Assembly: GCA_963771075.1 (NCBI GenBank)
Contig: CAVYSE010000028.1
Span: 288,001-352,000 of the forward strand
Direction: 5' to 3'
Origin: a candidate division FCPU426 bacterium
Lineage (GTDB): Bacteria > Oederibacteriota > Muellerivitia > Muellerivitales > Muellerivitaceae
Length of the DNA: 64,000 nucleotides
The notes beneath the pieces were generated by a model. The model ran no database searches. It was given only the letters and a program-made list of their open reading frames with translations, and was not told the DNA's origin. Positions 1 to 9,763 of the stretch are shown one piece after another (positions within the stretch are counted from its first letter, which is position 1; every line of letters begins with the position of its first letter). The translations under genes were made by a program, and so were the position numbers.

Positions 1-2
1 GG

Positions 3-1004
3 CCGGCCATCGTGACCTGCCTCGTCTGCGCTTTCTTCACATCCTTCACCGGGGGGTCCGGTGTCACCATTTTGGCCCTGGGCGGACTCCTCATGCCCAT
101 TTTGATCGCTGAGAAATATACCGAAAGGAATTCGCTGGGTCTTCTCACTTCCGCCGGGTCCCTGGGATTGCTCTTTCCCCCCAGCCTGCCGGTCATCCTT
201 TATGGGGTCGTCTCCATGACCCCCATCCCTGATTTATTCCTGGGCGGATTATTGCCGGGAGCCCTGCTGGTTTTGGGCACCGCCGCCTGGGGGGTTTGGA
301 AAGGTTCCCAGGAGCAGGCCGCCAAGCATCCTTTCGTAGGCCGGGAAGCCGTGAAGGCCCTTTGGGACGCCAAATGGGAGCTGGCCCTCCCGATCGTGGT
401 TTTCTTTTTCCTCTTCATCGTGAAAGTCACCCTGGTGGAGTCGGCGGCTTTGACCGCCCTTTACGCCTTTGTCGTGGAAGTGATCGTGTTTCGCGACTTG
501 AAGGTGAAGAACATCCCCACGGTCATCACCGAATGCGGCATTTTGGTGGGCGGCGTTCTATTGATTTTGGGGGTTTCACTCGGGTTCACCAATGATATGG
601 TGGACGCCCAGATCCCCGCCAAGCTAGCCACCTGGGTTTCCGCGACCGTGCATTCCCAGTGGCTGTTCCTTTTAATCGTCAATTTCATGCTTCTGATCGT
701 GGGCGGCCTCCTGGAAATCTTCGCGGCCATTATCGTCGTGGTGCCGCTCCTGGTTCCCATTTCCAAGGCCTTTGGGATCGACCAAGTCCGTATGGGGATC
801 ATTTTTCTGGCCAACATGGAATTAGGATTCCTGATGCCACCCCTGGGGCTCAACCTCTTTTTATCCTCCTACCGGTTCAAAAAACCCATGGTTGAAGTTT
901 ATAAGTCTGTATTGCCCATGCTCGCCATGCTGTACGGCATGGTTTTGCTGATTACTTATGTGCCGTTTTTAACTGCCTGGCTTCCCAGTTTGTTCAACAA
1001 ATAA
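3..1004 (+). CDS. dctM: TRAP transporter large permease (DctM family), 5'-truncated by window edge
   Basis: Highly hydrophobic; motifs 'GSLGLLFPPS', 'LFLGGLLPG' and 'ELGFLMPPLGLNLF' are typical of DctM. Confidence 0.9.
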   Translation, partial: PAIVTCLVCAFFTSFTGGSGVTILALGGLLMPILIAEKYTERNSLGLLTSAGSLGLLFPPSLPVILYGVVSMTPIPDLFLGGLLPGALLVLGTAAWGVWKGSQEQAAKHPFVGREAVKALWDAKWELALPIVVFFFLFIVKVTLVESAALTALYAFVVEVIVFRDLKVKNIPTVITECGILVGGVLLILGVSLGFTNDMVDAQIPAKLATWVSATVHSQWLFLLIVNFMLLIVGGLLEIFAAIIVVVPLLVPISKAFGIDQVRMGIIFLANMELGFLMPPLGLNLFLSSYRFKKPMVEVYKSVLPMLAMLYGMVLLITYVPFLTAWLPSLFNK

Positions 1005-1108
1005 CCCAGCAGGGTTTCCTTTTAACTTAAAAAGACCTAATTTCCCAATTAACCCGGAGAGTGAACCCCTTTTTCATCCGAAACGTCTAACAAACATCGA
1101 GGTTATAC

Positions 1109-1666
1109 ATGAAAGCCCTGTTAATCGTGGATGTCCAAAATGACCTTTGCCCGGGCGGGGCCACGCCCGTGCCCGAGGGCGACAAGATAGTGCCCATCCT
1201 GAACCGTCTGATGGATCTCTTTCCCCTGGTCGTGGCTTCCAAGGCCTGGCATCCCAAGGACGCCGCCCATTTCCAAATAGGGCCCCCCCATTGCGTTCAG
1301 AACACACCCGGCGCGGAGTTCCATCCCGGCCTGAACGCCAAGAAAATCTCGAAGGTTTTCCTGCAAGGCGCCACGAAAAAAGACGAGGGATATTCGGCTT
1401 TCGAGGTCACCCACGAGGATTTGGAAATATTCTTGAGAAAAAAGGAAGTGACGGACCTCTATATCGCGGGACTAGCGACCGAATACGCCGTGAAGGCTTC
1501 AGCCTTGGACGCGGATAAGCGGGGATTTGAGACCTTCGTGGTGGAAGACGCGGTGGCTGCGTTCAACGCGAAGGAAGGGGACGGCAAAAAAGCCCTCAAG
1601 GCCATGGAAAAGGCAGGTGTGACCCTGATTGATTCCACGGATATCATCGGGGACGTTGAAAAGTAA
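1109..1666 (+). CDS. Nicotinamidase/pyrazinamidase-like isochorismatase-family protein, catalytic residues substituted
   Basis: 'ALLIVDVQND', 'PPHCVQNTPGAEFHP', 'YSAF', 'GLATEYAV'; RBS GAGG upstream. Confidence 0.85.
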   Translation: MKALLIVDVQNDLCPGGATPVPEGDKIVPILNRLMDLFPLVVASKAWHPKDAAHFQIGPPHCVQNTPGAEFHPGLNAKKISKVFLQGATKKDEGYSAFEVTHEDLEIFLRKKEVTDLYIAGLATEYAVKASALDADKRGFETFVVEDAVAAFNAKEGDGKKALKAMEKAGVTLIDSTDIIGDVEK

Positions 1667-1701
1667 GTTTTAAGTAATATCCAGCAGTGTCTCTGTTTAG
1701 G

Positions 1702-1835
1702 TGTCATTGCGAGCCACTGCACCACTAGGTGCGCTTAGTGGCGTAGCAATCTCAGTCAAAATTCCAACGAATAAAGCACCACCTGAGATTCCCACGGCCC
1801 AAACCACGCCTATTGGCGCTGGGCCTCGGAATGAC
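1702..1835. repeat. Inverted pair of palindromic REP/RPE-like elements (TGTCATTGCGAG...GCAATCTC family)
   Basis: TGTCATTGCGAG-hairpin-GCAATCTCAG at 1702-1755 and inverse CTGAGATTCC...CTCGGAATGAC at 1783-1835; third copy at 63455-63506. Confidence 0.8.
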
Positions 1836-1846
1836 GGCGGAGTTTT

Positions 1847-2230
1847 TTAGCTAAGTTGAATGGTTTCTAAAACTTCCTCGTCATACTGCCATTGCCAGAG
1901 TTGGTCTTCTTTCAGCCCCTTCTTTTTCCCCAGGTTTTTCACTTCCGACTTGAATGATTGCAAAACCCTCAAGAGGTCGTCATCCAACCTTTTAAAATCC
2001 AAGACCAGTTCCACCTTCTCGGGGGAAACGGTGGAAGCCACCACCTTCAACCCGGGAAACCGGCGTTCCAGATTGCGGATTCCCTGTTGAACCAGATGCA
2101 GGATATCCCCAACTAGAAGAGCTTTTTTCTGGGAGGTGTGCAGCGTAGCCTTGACCATGGAATCGGAATGATATTCCAATTTAATTTGCCTTTTATTCTG
2201 GGTGTGTGATTCGGTTTTTACCACACTCAA
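1847..2230 (-). CDS. Degenerate RAYT/IS200-like (Y1 transposase fold) protein
   Basis: Pattern 'RFPGLKVVASTVSPEKVELVL...LLRVLQSFKS...LWQWQYDEEVL' parallels RAYT 'HFP.V.LD.FVVMPNH.HGII...IIRSFKS...LWQRNY.EHII'. Confidence 0.55.
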   Translation of the reverse strand: MSVVKTESHTQNKRQIKLEYHSDSMVKATLHTSQKKALLVGDILHLVQQGIRNLERRFPGLKVVASTVSPEKVELVLDFKRLDDDLLRVLQSFKSEVKNLGKKKGLKEDQLWQWQYDEEVLETIQLS

Positions 2231-2272
2231 GGTTTTCTTTGCGTCTTGGCGGCTTTGCGTTGGATTTGGGTT

Positions 2273-3160
2273 TTATTTCCCGCCTTGAATCGCGAGTTGG
2301 TCGGCCAGGTAACTACTACGGGTTAGGGGGGAGGCCTGCACCGCCAAGCCCATTGCCAAACCTGACTCAGTCCATTTTTCATATCTTTCGAGGGGAACAT
2401 ATTCCACCACTTCCAGGGTCGATCCCGGAGGCTTCAAGTATTGTCCAATGGTAAAGAATTTCACCCCGGCTTCCTTGGCATCCCGCAAAATATCGATGAC
2501 TTCTTCCTCGGTTTCCCCGAAGCCAACCATTAATCCCGCTTTGAGCATTACCTGGTCGGGATGAGCGTGGGCTTTGAACCACCGGAACAGGCCCAGGGAG
2601 CGTTGATAATCGGCACCTGGCCGGATAGGCCCATAAAGCCTTGGCACCGTCTGTAGGTCGTGCGCAATGGTATCCGGTGGGTTTTGCAAAAGAACCTTGT
2701 AGGAACTTTCCTTCCCTTGGAAATCAGGCACGAGAATTTCGATCTTCAACTTGGGGTTAAACTCACGCAGGGCGGTAACAATCCTCACAAACTGAGAGGC
2801 CCCTCCGTCGACCAATTCATCCCGGTTGGGAGAAGTCATGACCAGGTACCGCACCTTCAGGGTCCTGGCAATTTCCACCACCTTCTGTGGTTCTTCTGGG
2901 TCCAAGGGCAGGGGTTTTCCGGTCGTCACCGCGCAAAAAGGGCATCCCCGAGTGCAGATGGAACCCATAACCATGATGGATATGGTTCCATGGCGGGGCA
3001 GGCATTCCCCCCGGTTGGGGCACTTGGCTTCCTCGCAAATCGTATGAACCCCATTCATGGGAAGTTGGGAAATGGCGTTGCGAAACACGTGTTTGGGATG
3101 TGGGTTCAAAAGGAAGTTAGGCATGGGAGGTGAGGTAGTTTTTAAATCGGAAAGTTTCAT
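2273..3160 (-). CDS. lipA: Lipoyl synthase
   Basis: CEEAKCPNRGEC auxiliary cluster motif, radical SAM CTRGCPFC, C-terminal RSSY. Confidence 0.96.
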   Translation of the reverse strand: MKLSDLKTTSPPMPNFLLNPHPKHVFRNAISQLPMNGVHTICEEAKCPNRGECLPRHGTISIMVMGSICTRGCPFCAVTTGKPLPLDPEEPQKVVEIARTLKVRYLVMTSPNRDELVDGGASQFVRIVTALREFNPKLKIEILVPDFQGKESSYKVLLQNPPDTIAHDLQTVPRLYGPIRPGADYQRSLGLFRWFKAHAHPDQVMLKAGLMVGFGETEEEVIDILRDAKEAGVKFFTIGQYLKPPGSTLEVVEYVPLERYEKWTESGLAMGLAVQASPLTRSSYLADQLAIQGGK

Positions 3161-3218
3161 GGGTGGTCTAGGATATTCGAAGGCTGGAATTTAGAAAACC
3201 CTCTAGCCCGGACATAAT

Positions 3219-3246
3219 AAAGGGCCCGGAAAACCCGGACCCTTTT
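3219..3246 (-). terminator. Probable intrinsic terminator
   Basis: GC-rich hairpin AAAGGGCCCGG...CCGGACCCTTTT downstream of the 3271-3744 gene. Confidence 0.55.
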
Positions 3247-3270
3247 GAAACTAACGACCAGAAAAACAAA

Positions 3271-3744
3271 TTACTTGAGGGACTGCCACTGGGCTTTCAT
3301 ATCGTCCTGCAAAGCCTTGATCTGGTCTGAATCGGTGGTGACATCGGCTTTGTCGTTGGCCAAGTCAGAAGCGACCTTATCCTTGTTCAATGAATAGATC
3401 TGGTCCTGGTCAGTTTTGACCTTTTCCAATATCGTCAGTTTGGCCTGGCACTTAGCCGCCTTCTTGGTGTCGTTCTTTGCCTGGGCGTCCGAAACGGCCT
3501 TTTGGGTGTTTTGCATCTCGTGTGCCATCTTGACCGTGTTGTAATTATGTTCCGCCTCGATCAACTGGAGCTTCGCGGCGAACCATTTGTCCCGGGCGGC
3601 CTTGACGTCAGGCGGCAGGGGTTTGGGGGTCGCGATAGGGGTGAGTGCCTCGGTTACGGGGGTCATGGCGGTATTGTCTTGGGCCCAAGCCAACCCTCCG
3701 GTTAAATATGAACTAACAGCCAAAACCCAAACAAACTTATTCAT
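3271..3744 (-). CDS. Secreted coiled-coil hypothetical protein
   Basis: Signal peptide ending AWA; AGGAG RBS before ATG 3744; K/D/Q-rich helical body. Confidence 0.65.
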   Translation of the reverse strand: MNKFVWVLAVSSYLTGGLAWAQDNTAMTPVTEALTPIATPKPLPPDVKAARDKWFAAKLQLIEAEHNYNTVKMAHEMQNTQKAVSDAQAKNDTKKAAKCQAKLTILEKVKTDQDQIYSLNKDKVASDLANDKADVTTDSDQIKALQDDMKAQWQSLK

Positions 3745-3828
3745 GAAATTTCTCCTGGGCATGAATGACACTCACAATGATTAGACGTTTTGCCGATAGG
3801 GAAAGTCGCAACTCTCATTACGGAACGA

Positions 3829-6576
3829 CTAAGCTTTTTTAACAAGTTTAGGCTCCTTTACCGCCTTGACCTCATCCAATCTGGAAACCAGGGTTTCATG
3901 AGGCGCGCTTTTGAAGACATCGGGATTAGATTCCATCTCCTTGCGCATGTTGAGCATGATTTCCACGAATTCATCCAAAGTCTTCTTCGTCTCGGTCTCG
4001 GTGGGTTCGATCATGATAGCCTCATGCACCACCAATGGGAAATAAATGGTGGGCGGATGGACGTTGAAATCAATCAACCGCTTGGCGATATCCAGAGCCG
4101 AGACGCCGAATTTTTCTTTCAAAGGTTCGGCGGTCAGAACGAACTCGTGCTTGCATAGCCGGTCAAAACCGGGGGTATAGGGGCCCTTTAACCGGGCCAG
4201 GATGTAATTGGCGTTCAAGGTGGCGATGCGTCCCACCCTTTCCAACCCCTCTTTCCCCAAGCGTTTGCAGTAGGCCAGGGCGCGTATCAAAACCCCAAAA
4301 TTGCCTACGTTCCCTTTCATGCGGCCAATGGATTGGGGCAAACCTGATTTAAGGTAATAGCGGTTCCCCTCTTTAAAGACCCGGGGTTCGGGCAGGTAGG
4401 GTTCCAGGGCTTTCGTGCAACCCACGGGCCCGCTTCCGGGGCCGCCTCCGCCGTGGGGCGTGGAAAAGGTCTTGTGCAGGTTCAAGTGCACCAGGTCAAA
4501 ACCCATATCCGCCGGGCGGCAAATGCCCACAATGGCGTTCATGTTGGCGCCGTCGTAATAAAGAAGCCCCCCCGCCTCATGCACCAGCCGAGCGACCTCC
4601 AAAATGTTTTCCTCGAAAAGCCCCAGGGTGCTGGGGTTGGTCAGCATCAGGACCGCCGTATCCTTCCCCAATTTTTCCTTCAATTTTTCCACGTCCATAT
4701 TGCCCCGGGCGTCGGTGGGAATGGATACCGTCTTCCACCCCGCCATGGTGGCGGAGGCCGGGTTGGTGCCGTGGGCGGAATCGGGCACGATTACGTTCAC
4801 CCTTTGGTGCTCTCCCCGTTCGGCGAAATAGCGCTTTGCCATCAAGAGCGCCGTGAGTTCCCCGTGGGCTCCCGCGGCTGGCTGGAGGGTCAGGGCGTGA
4901 CAGCCGGTGATCTCATGAAGCCAATGTTCCAGCTCGAACATGACCTGAAGGGCGCCCTGCACCTCATCTTCCCGCTGGGCGGGGTGCAGATTGGCCCAGG
5001 GATCGGAAAGGGCGATTTCCTCGTTCACCTTGGGGTTGTATTTCATGGTGCAGGACCCTAGGGGATAGAAACCATTGTCGATGCAGAAATTCTTGCGGGC
5101 CAGGGCAGTGTAATACCGCACCAACTCCACTTCCGGGTGTTCCTCGATGGCGACGGGTGGACGCGGGCTGATCCAGCCGGGCAATTGGCTGGGTTTTTGG
5201 TGAATCAGTCTTTTGATTCCAACTCCCAGGGTGGGGATGGCCGAGAAAAATTCCTCGCAAGCCGAGAGGAGGGATTCCATGTCATCCAGGCTGTTTAATT
5301 CGGTGCAGGCGACCAACACGCAGTCCTTGTATTCGGGATAGTCCAAGGACAAATCGTAGGGCGCGACCAGGCCCCACTCCGCCAGGAAATCGGTGAACCC
5401 GGCCGAGGGCGGGCGGATGACGAATTCATTGGCATAGCGGGCGGTTTCCACCTTAAAGCCCGGGATTTTCTGGATTTCCGTCACCAAGGTATGCGCGATG
5501 GCCGCGCCGTCCTTGGCCACCTGCTGGGCGCCCTTGCCGCCCTTGAGGTAAAGCCAGGCGGATGCGAAATTGGCCATGAGGGACTGGGTGGTGCAGACGT
5601 TGGAGGCCGCCCGCTCCCTGCGGATATGTTGTTCTCGGGCCTGGAAGGTTAAGACACAACCTGTTTTGCCGTTGCGGTCGGTGGTTTCACCCACAATGCG
5701 GCCTGGCATTTGCCGGATATCCTCAAATCGGGCGGTCAAAAAACCGGCGTGCGGCCCGCCGAAGGAAAGCAGGTTCCCGAATGACTGGGCGCTACCCGCG
5801 CAAACATCGGCGCCGAGGGCCCCCGGGGATGGCAGTAGGGCCAGGTTCATGGCCTCAGCCACGGCCACCACCAGGTAAGAATTCTTTTCCTTGCAAATTT
5901 TGGAAATGGCCGCCAGGTCCTCGATAGTGCCCAGGAAATTGGGATATTGAACCACCACCACCGAATTGGGCCAAAGCTCAGTTTTGAGCTGATCCAAATC
6001 GGTTTCGGTACCCTTCAAGCCGATCTCGCGAATCTTGTGGCCCTGGGGGTTGAGGTAGGTCTGGATGGTCTGCCGGTATTCAGGATGGAGCCCCCGGGAA
6101 ACATAAACAAAGGCTTCGGCCTTTTTCACCCGCAAAGCCAAAAGCGCGGCCTCGGCGACGGCCGAAGCGCCGTCGTAAAGCGATGCGTTGGAGACTTCCA
6201 GCCCGGTCAATTGCGCCATATAAGTTTGGAAATCAAAAAGAACCTGCAGGGTCCCCTGGGCGATCTCCGGCTGGTAGGGTGTATAGGATGTTAAAAATTC
6301 AGGACGGGTCACCACCGCCTTCACGGCGGAGGGCACCTCGTGATTGTAAAGACCCGCTCCCAAAAAGCAGGGCCGGTCGGATACCGGCTGGTTGTTTTTT
6401 GCCGTATTGTTGAAGAATCGCTTGAGTTCAGGTTCGGTGAGCCCCGGGGGAAGGTTCAGCCCTTTTTTCAGGATGACCGAGGGAGGCACATCGGCGAAAA
6501 GGTCGTCGAGGTTCTTCACCCCGATGGCGGAAAGCATGGCCTTTTCATCTTCGGCGGTGATGGGAATGTAGGTCAA
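3829..6576 (-). CDS. gcvP: Glycine dehydrogenase P protein, GcvPA-GcvPB fusion
   Basis: N-half '[13 protein letters not shown]', '[16 protein letters not shown]' (PA type); C-half '[13 protein letters not shown]' and PLP lysine in '[18 protein letters not shown]' (PB type). Confidence 0.95.
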   Translation of the reverse strand: MTYIPITAEDEKAMLSAIGVKNLDDLFADVPPSVILKKGLNLPPGLTEPELKRFFNNTAKNNQPVSDRPCFLGAGLYNHEVPSAVKAVVTRPEFLTSYTPYQPEIAQGTLQVLFDFQTYMAQLTGLEVSNASLYDGASAVAEAALLALRVKKAEAFVYVSRGLHPEYRQTIQTYLNPQGHKIREIGLKGTETDLDQLKTELWPNSVVVVQYPNFLGTIEDLAAISKICKEKNSYLVVAVAEAMNLALLPSPGALGADVCAGSAQSFGNLLSFGGPHAGFLTARFEDIRQMPGRIVGETTDRNGKTGCVLTFQAREQHIRRERAASNVCTTQSLMANFASAWLYLKGGKGAQQVAKDGAAIAHTLVTEIQKIPGFKVETARYANEFVIRPPSAGFTDFLAEWGLVAPYDLSLDYPEYKDCVLVACTELNSLDDMESLLSACEEFFSAIPTLGVGIKRLIHQKPSQLPGWISPRPPVAIEEHPEVELVRYYTALARKNFCIDNGFYPLGSCTMKYNPKVNEEIALSDPWANLHPAQREDEVQGALQVMFELEHWLHEITGCHALTLQPAAGAHGELTALLMAKRYFAERGEHQRVNVIVPDSAHGTNPASATMAGWKTVSIPTDARGNMDVEKLKEKLGKDTAVLMLTNPSTLGLFEENILEVARLVHEAGGLLYYDGANMNAIVGICRPADMGFDLVHLNLHKTFSTPHGGGGPGSGPVGCTKALEPYLPEPRVFKEGNRYYLKSGLPQSIGRMKGNVGNFGVLIRALAYCKRLGKEGLERVGRIATLNANYILARLKGPYTPGFDRLCKHEFVLTAEPLKEKFGVSALDIAKRLIDFNVHPPTIYFPLVVHEAIMIEPTETETKKTLDEFVEIMLNMRKEMESNPDVFKSAPHETLVSRLDEVKAVKEPKLVKKA

Positions 6577-6600
6577 AATTTGCTCCGCAAATTTTAAGAT

Positions 6601-6651
6601 TTTAGCCTTTAGCTGATGGCCTTTAGCTAAAAGCCAACAGCTAAAGGCTAA
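6601..6651. repeat. Heptamer-periodic palindrome
   Basis: TTAGCCTTTAGCTGATGGC ... GCCAACAGCTAAAGGCTAA near-perfect inverted repeat between gcvH and gcvP. Confidence 0.7.
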
Positions 6652-6660
6652 TAGGTATTT

Positions 6661-7029
6661 TTATTGCAGCGTTGCGAGATAATCTTGCTCGTTAAGGTAA
6701 TCCGGATGCTCCAAGGCCTTGGGGTTGTCCAACTGCACGACAGCAATCCAGGCGGCCCCTTCCGGGTCCTGGTTGACCAGGCCAGCCTGGTCCTTGAGCT
6801 TCAAGTTCACTTCCAAAACGGTCCCGGCGGGAGAATAAACATCGGCCACGGCCTTGACCGATTCCAGGACGCAGACGCTTTGCTTGTCCGCCAACTTTTT
6901 CCCCACGTCCGGCAATTCCACGAAAACGATGTCGGAAAGCTCGTGCGCGGCGTGTTTGGAGACCCCGATTCGGACCTTTCCCCCTCCCAGGTCTTCATAC
7001 CATTCATGGGACTTGGCGTATTTTCGCAT
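6661..7029 (-). CDS. gcvH: Glycine cleavage system H protein
   Basis: 'KSHEW', 'DIVFVELP', lipoyl-Lys in 'ESVKA', 'VNQDP'. Confidence 0.95.
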   Translation of the reverse strand: MRKYAKSHEWYEDLGGGKVRIGVSKHAAHELSDIVFVELPDVGKKLADKQSVCVLESVKAVADVYSPAGTVLEVNLKLKDQAGLVNQDPEGAAWIAVVQLDNPKALEHPDYLNEQDYLATLQ

Positions 7030-7108
7030 GGGCAAAAACCTCTTTGAACCGCGAAGTCGCGAAGGAAGGCGCCCAATTTCTATAAATCAAAAAAACTTGG
7101 CGTCTTTG

Positions 7109-7183
7109 TCCTCCTTAGCCCCTACGGGCTAAGGGATTCAGGACTATACCGACCTCTTTAAAATGTCTAATAGAAGGTCGGCA
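7109..7183 (-). mobile_element. ~75-bp two-hairpin mini-element (copy 1) with 2-bp CA/TG duplication
   Basis: Reverse complement reads CA-TGCCGAC...GTCGGTATAGTCC...GGA-CA, same architecture as 20417-20493; interrupts a repeat that is intact at 2237-2269. Confidence 0.7.
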
Positions 7184-7295
7184 TGCGACTTTGCGTTGGA
7201 TTTGGCTGTCTGGTGAATGTTGGAGGGCGTGGGAACGGAATTGACTATATTAAAAACAACCTGGGTTTTCCACCCAAATTAGGAATAACAACCTC

Positions 7296-7814
7296 TCACT
7301 TTTTTCTTTTCAGCAAGTCGTGGTAGGCCTTTTCCAGCAGGTCTTTCGGATCGACCTCAAAAGTCCTCAACAGCTTTTTGACTTTGAGGGTTTCCCTCTT
7401 GCGGATCTTGGCGGAGTCTTGGGACATGACCGCCTCGAATTCGAGGAAGTTTCCCAATCCCTTGACCCGGTCCAGGTGCACCCGGACGTTACCGATCATA
7501 AAAAGCTCCCTTTTCTTTTCCACTGCGCCTTCCACTCCCAACAGGCCTTTCAATAAGAACTTGGTCTTGGCGGGATCGGCGACCGGCAGGACCACATATT
7601 GGCTGGTCTTGGGGCCTCGGACATTGGGACGGACATAAGGAATCAACTGGGCACCCTTGAGTGAGGACTCGCGCAATTTGAGCCTTCCCTTGGGAACCTT
7701 AAAGAAGGTGTCCACCTGATGGTCTAAACCCACGAAGTTGGCCTTTGCTTTCAAAGCAATTCGTTTGGCTTTCGCCAGGTCTGGGTATCGGGCTTTGATC
7801 TCAATGTTGGGCAT
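7296..7814 (-). CDS. CYTH-domain protein (class IV adenylate cyclase-like)
   Basis: N-terminal EIK motif, 'QVDTFF', 'RLKLRE', 'RVHLDRVKGLGNFLEFE'. Confidence 0.9.
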   Translation of the reverse strand: MPNIEIKARYPDLAKAKRIALKAKANFVGLDHQVDTFFKVPKGRLKLRESSLKGAQLIPYVRPNVRGPKTSQYVVLPVADPAKTKFLLKGLLGVEGAVEKKRELFMIGNVRVHLDRVKGLGNFLEFEAVMSQDSAKIRKRETLKVKKLLRTFEVDPKDLLEKAYHDLLKRKK

Positions 7815-8382
7815 GGGTCCCATTTCCTTCTTTTATTTTTTTCATAACACACTCAATATAGGCCGTCTTTCCCCCGGTATAGGCTTCCCGGTCGTACTGA
7901 AAACGCAGGGCCAGGTTCTTCTTTAAGGCCTCATAGTTTTTGGCTTCCTGGGGGTGGGTCACTAAATAATCCCGGAAAGCTAACTCCCTCTTCCAGCGTT
8001 CCCCATAAAGCTCATAAACATGGAGATGGTGCGTCCGTTTTTTGCCAAATGGCGGCATTCCCTTAACAAAGAACATTTCATTGGGGTTGGGATTCGAGGT
8101 CCAATGGAGATACCCGGCCATTTCGATGGGTTTTATGAGTTTAGGCCAATCCTCCTTGCGGGAAACCCCCACCATGATGTCCAAAATGGGTTTAGCCGCC
8201 ATATCCGGCACCGAGGTGCTCCCAAAATGCTCAACCTTCAAGCCTGGCATGAAACCTAGGGCGTGGAAGATCGCCCTTTTCTCCAAAGCAAATTTCTCGG
8301 GCCAAAAAGGGTCATATTCAACGATTTCGATGGGATCTTTTTGAGGATCGTAACCTTCGGGAGGGGCGCCGGGCGAAACCAA
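7801..8382 (-). CDS. GrpB-family nucleotidyltransferase-fold protein
   Basis: 'YDPFWP', 'EHFGSTSVPDMAAKPILDI', 'RTHHLHV', 'FRDYL', 'YTGGK'. Confidence 0.9.
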   Translation of the reverse strand: MVSPGAPPEGYDPQKDPIEIVEYDPFWPEKFALEKRAIFHALGFMPGLKVEHFGSTSVPDMAAKPILDIMVGVSRKEDWPKLIKPIEMAGYLHWTSNPNPNEMFFVKGMPPFGKKRTHHLHVYELYGERWKRELAFRDYLVTHPQEAKNYEALKKNLALRFQYDREAYTGGKTAYIECVMKKIKEGNGTHAQH

Positions 8383-8410
8383 GGATGATTCCTTTGGACA
8401 TCAACTCCGA

Positions 8411-8641
8411 TTAGTACTTCAACACCAGGAAGGCGCCCGGAAACAGCTTGATGAAAATAAACAGGGCCAAGATCACCAAAAGGGTCGAGAAAATTCCCAT
8501 ATAGAAGGACCGGCTTTCCATTTTCTTGAACTCGGTTTCCACCGCTTCCGTCAGGTTCTCTTTGGGAACTTCGCCGGAACCAATTTTTTTAGATAGATCG
8601 AGGATCCGCCCGGCCGCTTCCCGGTATTTTTCGTCAGCCAT
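8411..8641 (-). CDS. Small membrane protein
   Basis: GGAGGG RBS; C-terminal hydrophobic helix; lies within the gcv run. Confidence 0.6.
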   Translation of the reverse strand: MADEKYREAAGRILDLSKKIGSGEVPKENLTEAVETEFKKMESRSFYMGIFSTLLVILALFIFIKLFPGAFLVLKY

Positions 8642-8668
8642 GTTTCCCTCCCGCGCAACGGACAAAGT

Positions 8669-9763
8669 TTATTTCAAGGCTGGCGCCTTCGGTTTGGTGA
8701 TATGCCGAACCCAGGGAAGCTTGGTCACCTTTGCCGGGACGGCTTTGCCCCGGATATCAACCGCCAGGTCCTTATCCAGGTATTCTTTTTTGACATAGGC
8801 CAGGGCGATCCCCTTCTTAAGAGTGGGCGAGAAAATGCCGCTGGTGATTTCCCCCGCCTCCTGCCCGTTGGAAACCACCTTGTAATGCTGGCGGGGAATG
8901 GCCTGGCCTTCAAGCGTAAGGCCAATGAGTTTACGGGATGGTTCTTTGCATAATGCCTCCCGGCCGTAGAATCCGCCTTTTTTATCCATTTTCACCGCCC
9001 AACCCAAACCCGCCTCGTAGGGCTGGGTGGACTCGTCGATATCATTGCCGTGCAGGGGCAGGCCGGCCTCCAGTCGGAGGGAATCCCGGGCCCCCAGACC
9101 GCAGGGGGACACTTCAGGTTGGGAGGCCAGTAAATCCCAGATCATGGGGGCGTCTTTCACATCTACCATCAATTCGTATCCATTCTCGCCGGTGTAGCCG
9201 GTGGCCATGATGGTGAGGGATTGGCCCTGCAGGGTTCCCTTGCCGAACCCGAAATAAGGAATCTTGTTTAAATCCACATCCTTCACCAGCCGGTCCAGGA
9301 CCTCATGGGCCCTGGGACCCTGTAGGGCAATGAACCCCGTCTGGTCGGAAAGAACTTCGATTCTCAGGTCTTTCCCCGCCGAGAGCTTCTTTAAATGCTC
9401 CACGTCGGTTTCACGCCCGCCCGCGTTGATGATCCAAAGGAACTTTTCGTTGGTTTCCTTGTAAATGATCACGTCATCGATAACGCCCCCCTGGGGGTTA
9501 AGGAGAAAGCCATAGAGGGCGCTTCCGAAAGGACAGAGGGTCAGGTCATTGGTGAATGCGTAATTGGAAAAGGAGTAGGCGTCGGGCCCCTCGATCCTCA
9601 GGCGGCCCATGTGGGTGATGTTGAATAGGCCGCAAGAGGCGCGGGTGGCCTCATGCTCAAAGAGGATGCCCTTGGCGTAGGAAACGGGCATATTCCAACC
9701 GTGAAAATCGACCAGTTTCGCACCGTGGGCTTGGTCCCAGGCCAGGCAGAAGGTATCGCGCAT
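8669..9763 (-). CDS. gcvT: Glycine cleavage system T protein (aminomethyltransferase)
   Basis: 'FHGWNMP', 'THMG', 'ALQGP', 'TGYTGENGYE', 'CGLGARDSLRLEAGLPLHG'. Confidence 0.96.
   Translation of the reverse strand: MRDTFCLAWDQAHGAKLVDFHGWNMPVSYAKGILFEHEATRASCGLFNITHMGRLRIEGPDAYSFSNYAFTNDLTLCPFGSALYGFLLNPQGGVIDDVIIYKETNEKFLWIINAGGRETDVEHLKKLSAGKDLRIEVLSDQTGFIALQGPRAHEVLDRLVKDVDLNKIPYFGFGKGTLQGQSLTIMATGYTGENGYELMVDVKDAPMIWDLLASQPEVSPCGLGARDSLRLEAGLPLHGNDIDESTQPYEAGLGWAVKMDKKGGFYGREALCKEPSRKLIGLTLEGQAIPRQHYKVVSNGQEAGEITSGIFSPTLKKGIALAYVKKEYLDKDLAVDIRGKAVPAKVTKLPWVRHITKPKAPALK

Noticed and set aside
4453..5061. Long antisense ORFs (also 10650-11228, 14325-15158, 61755-62642 and others)
   Set aside because: Shadow frames of well-supported genes in GC-rich codon usage; no recognisable motifs.
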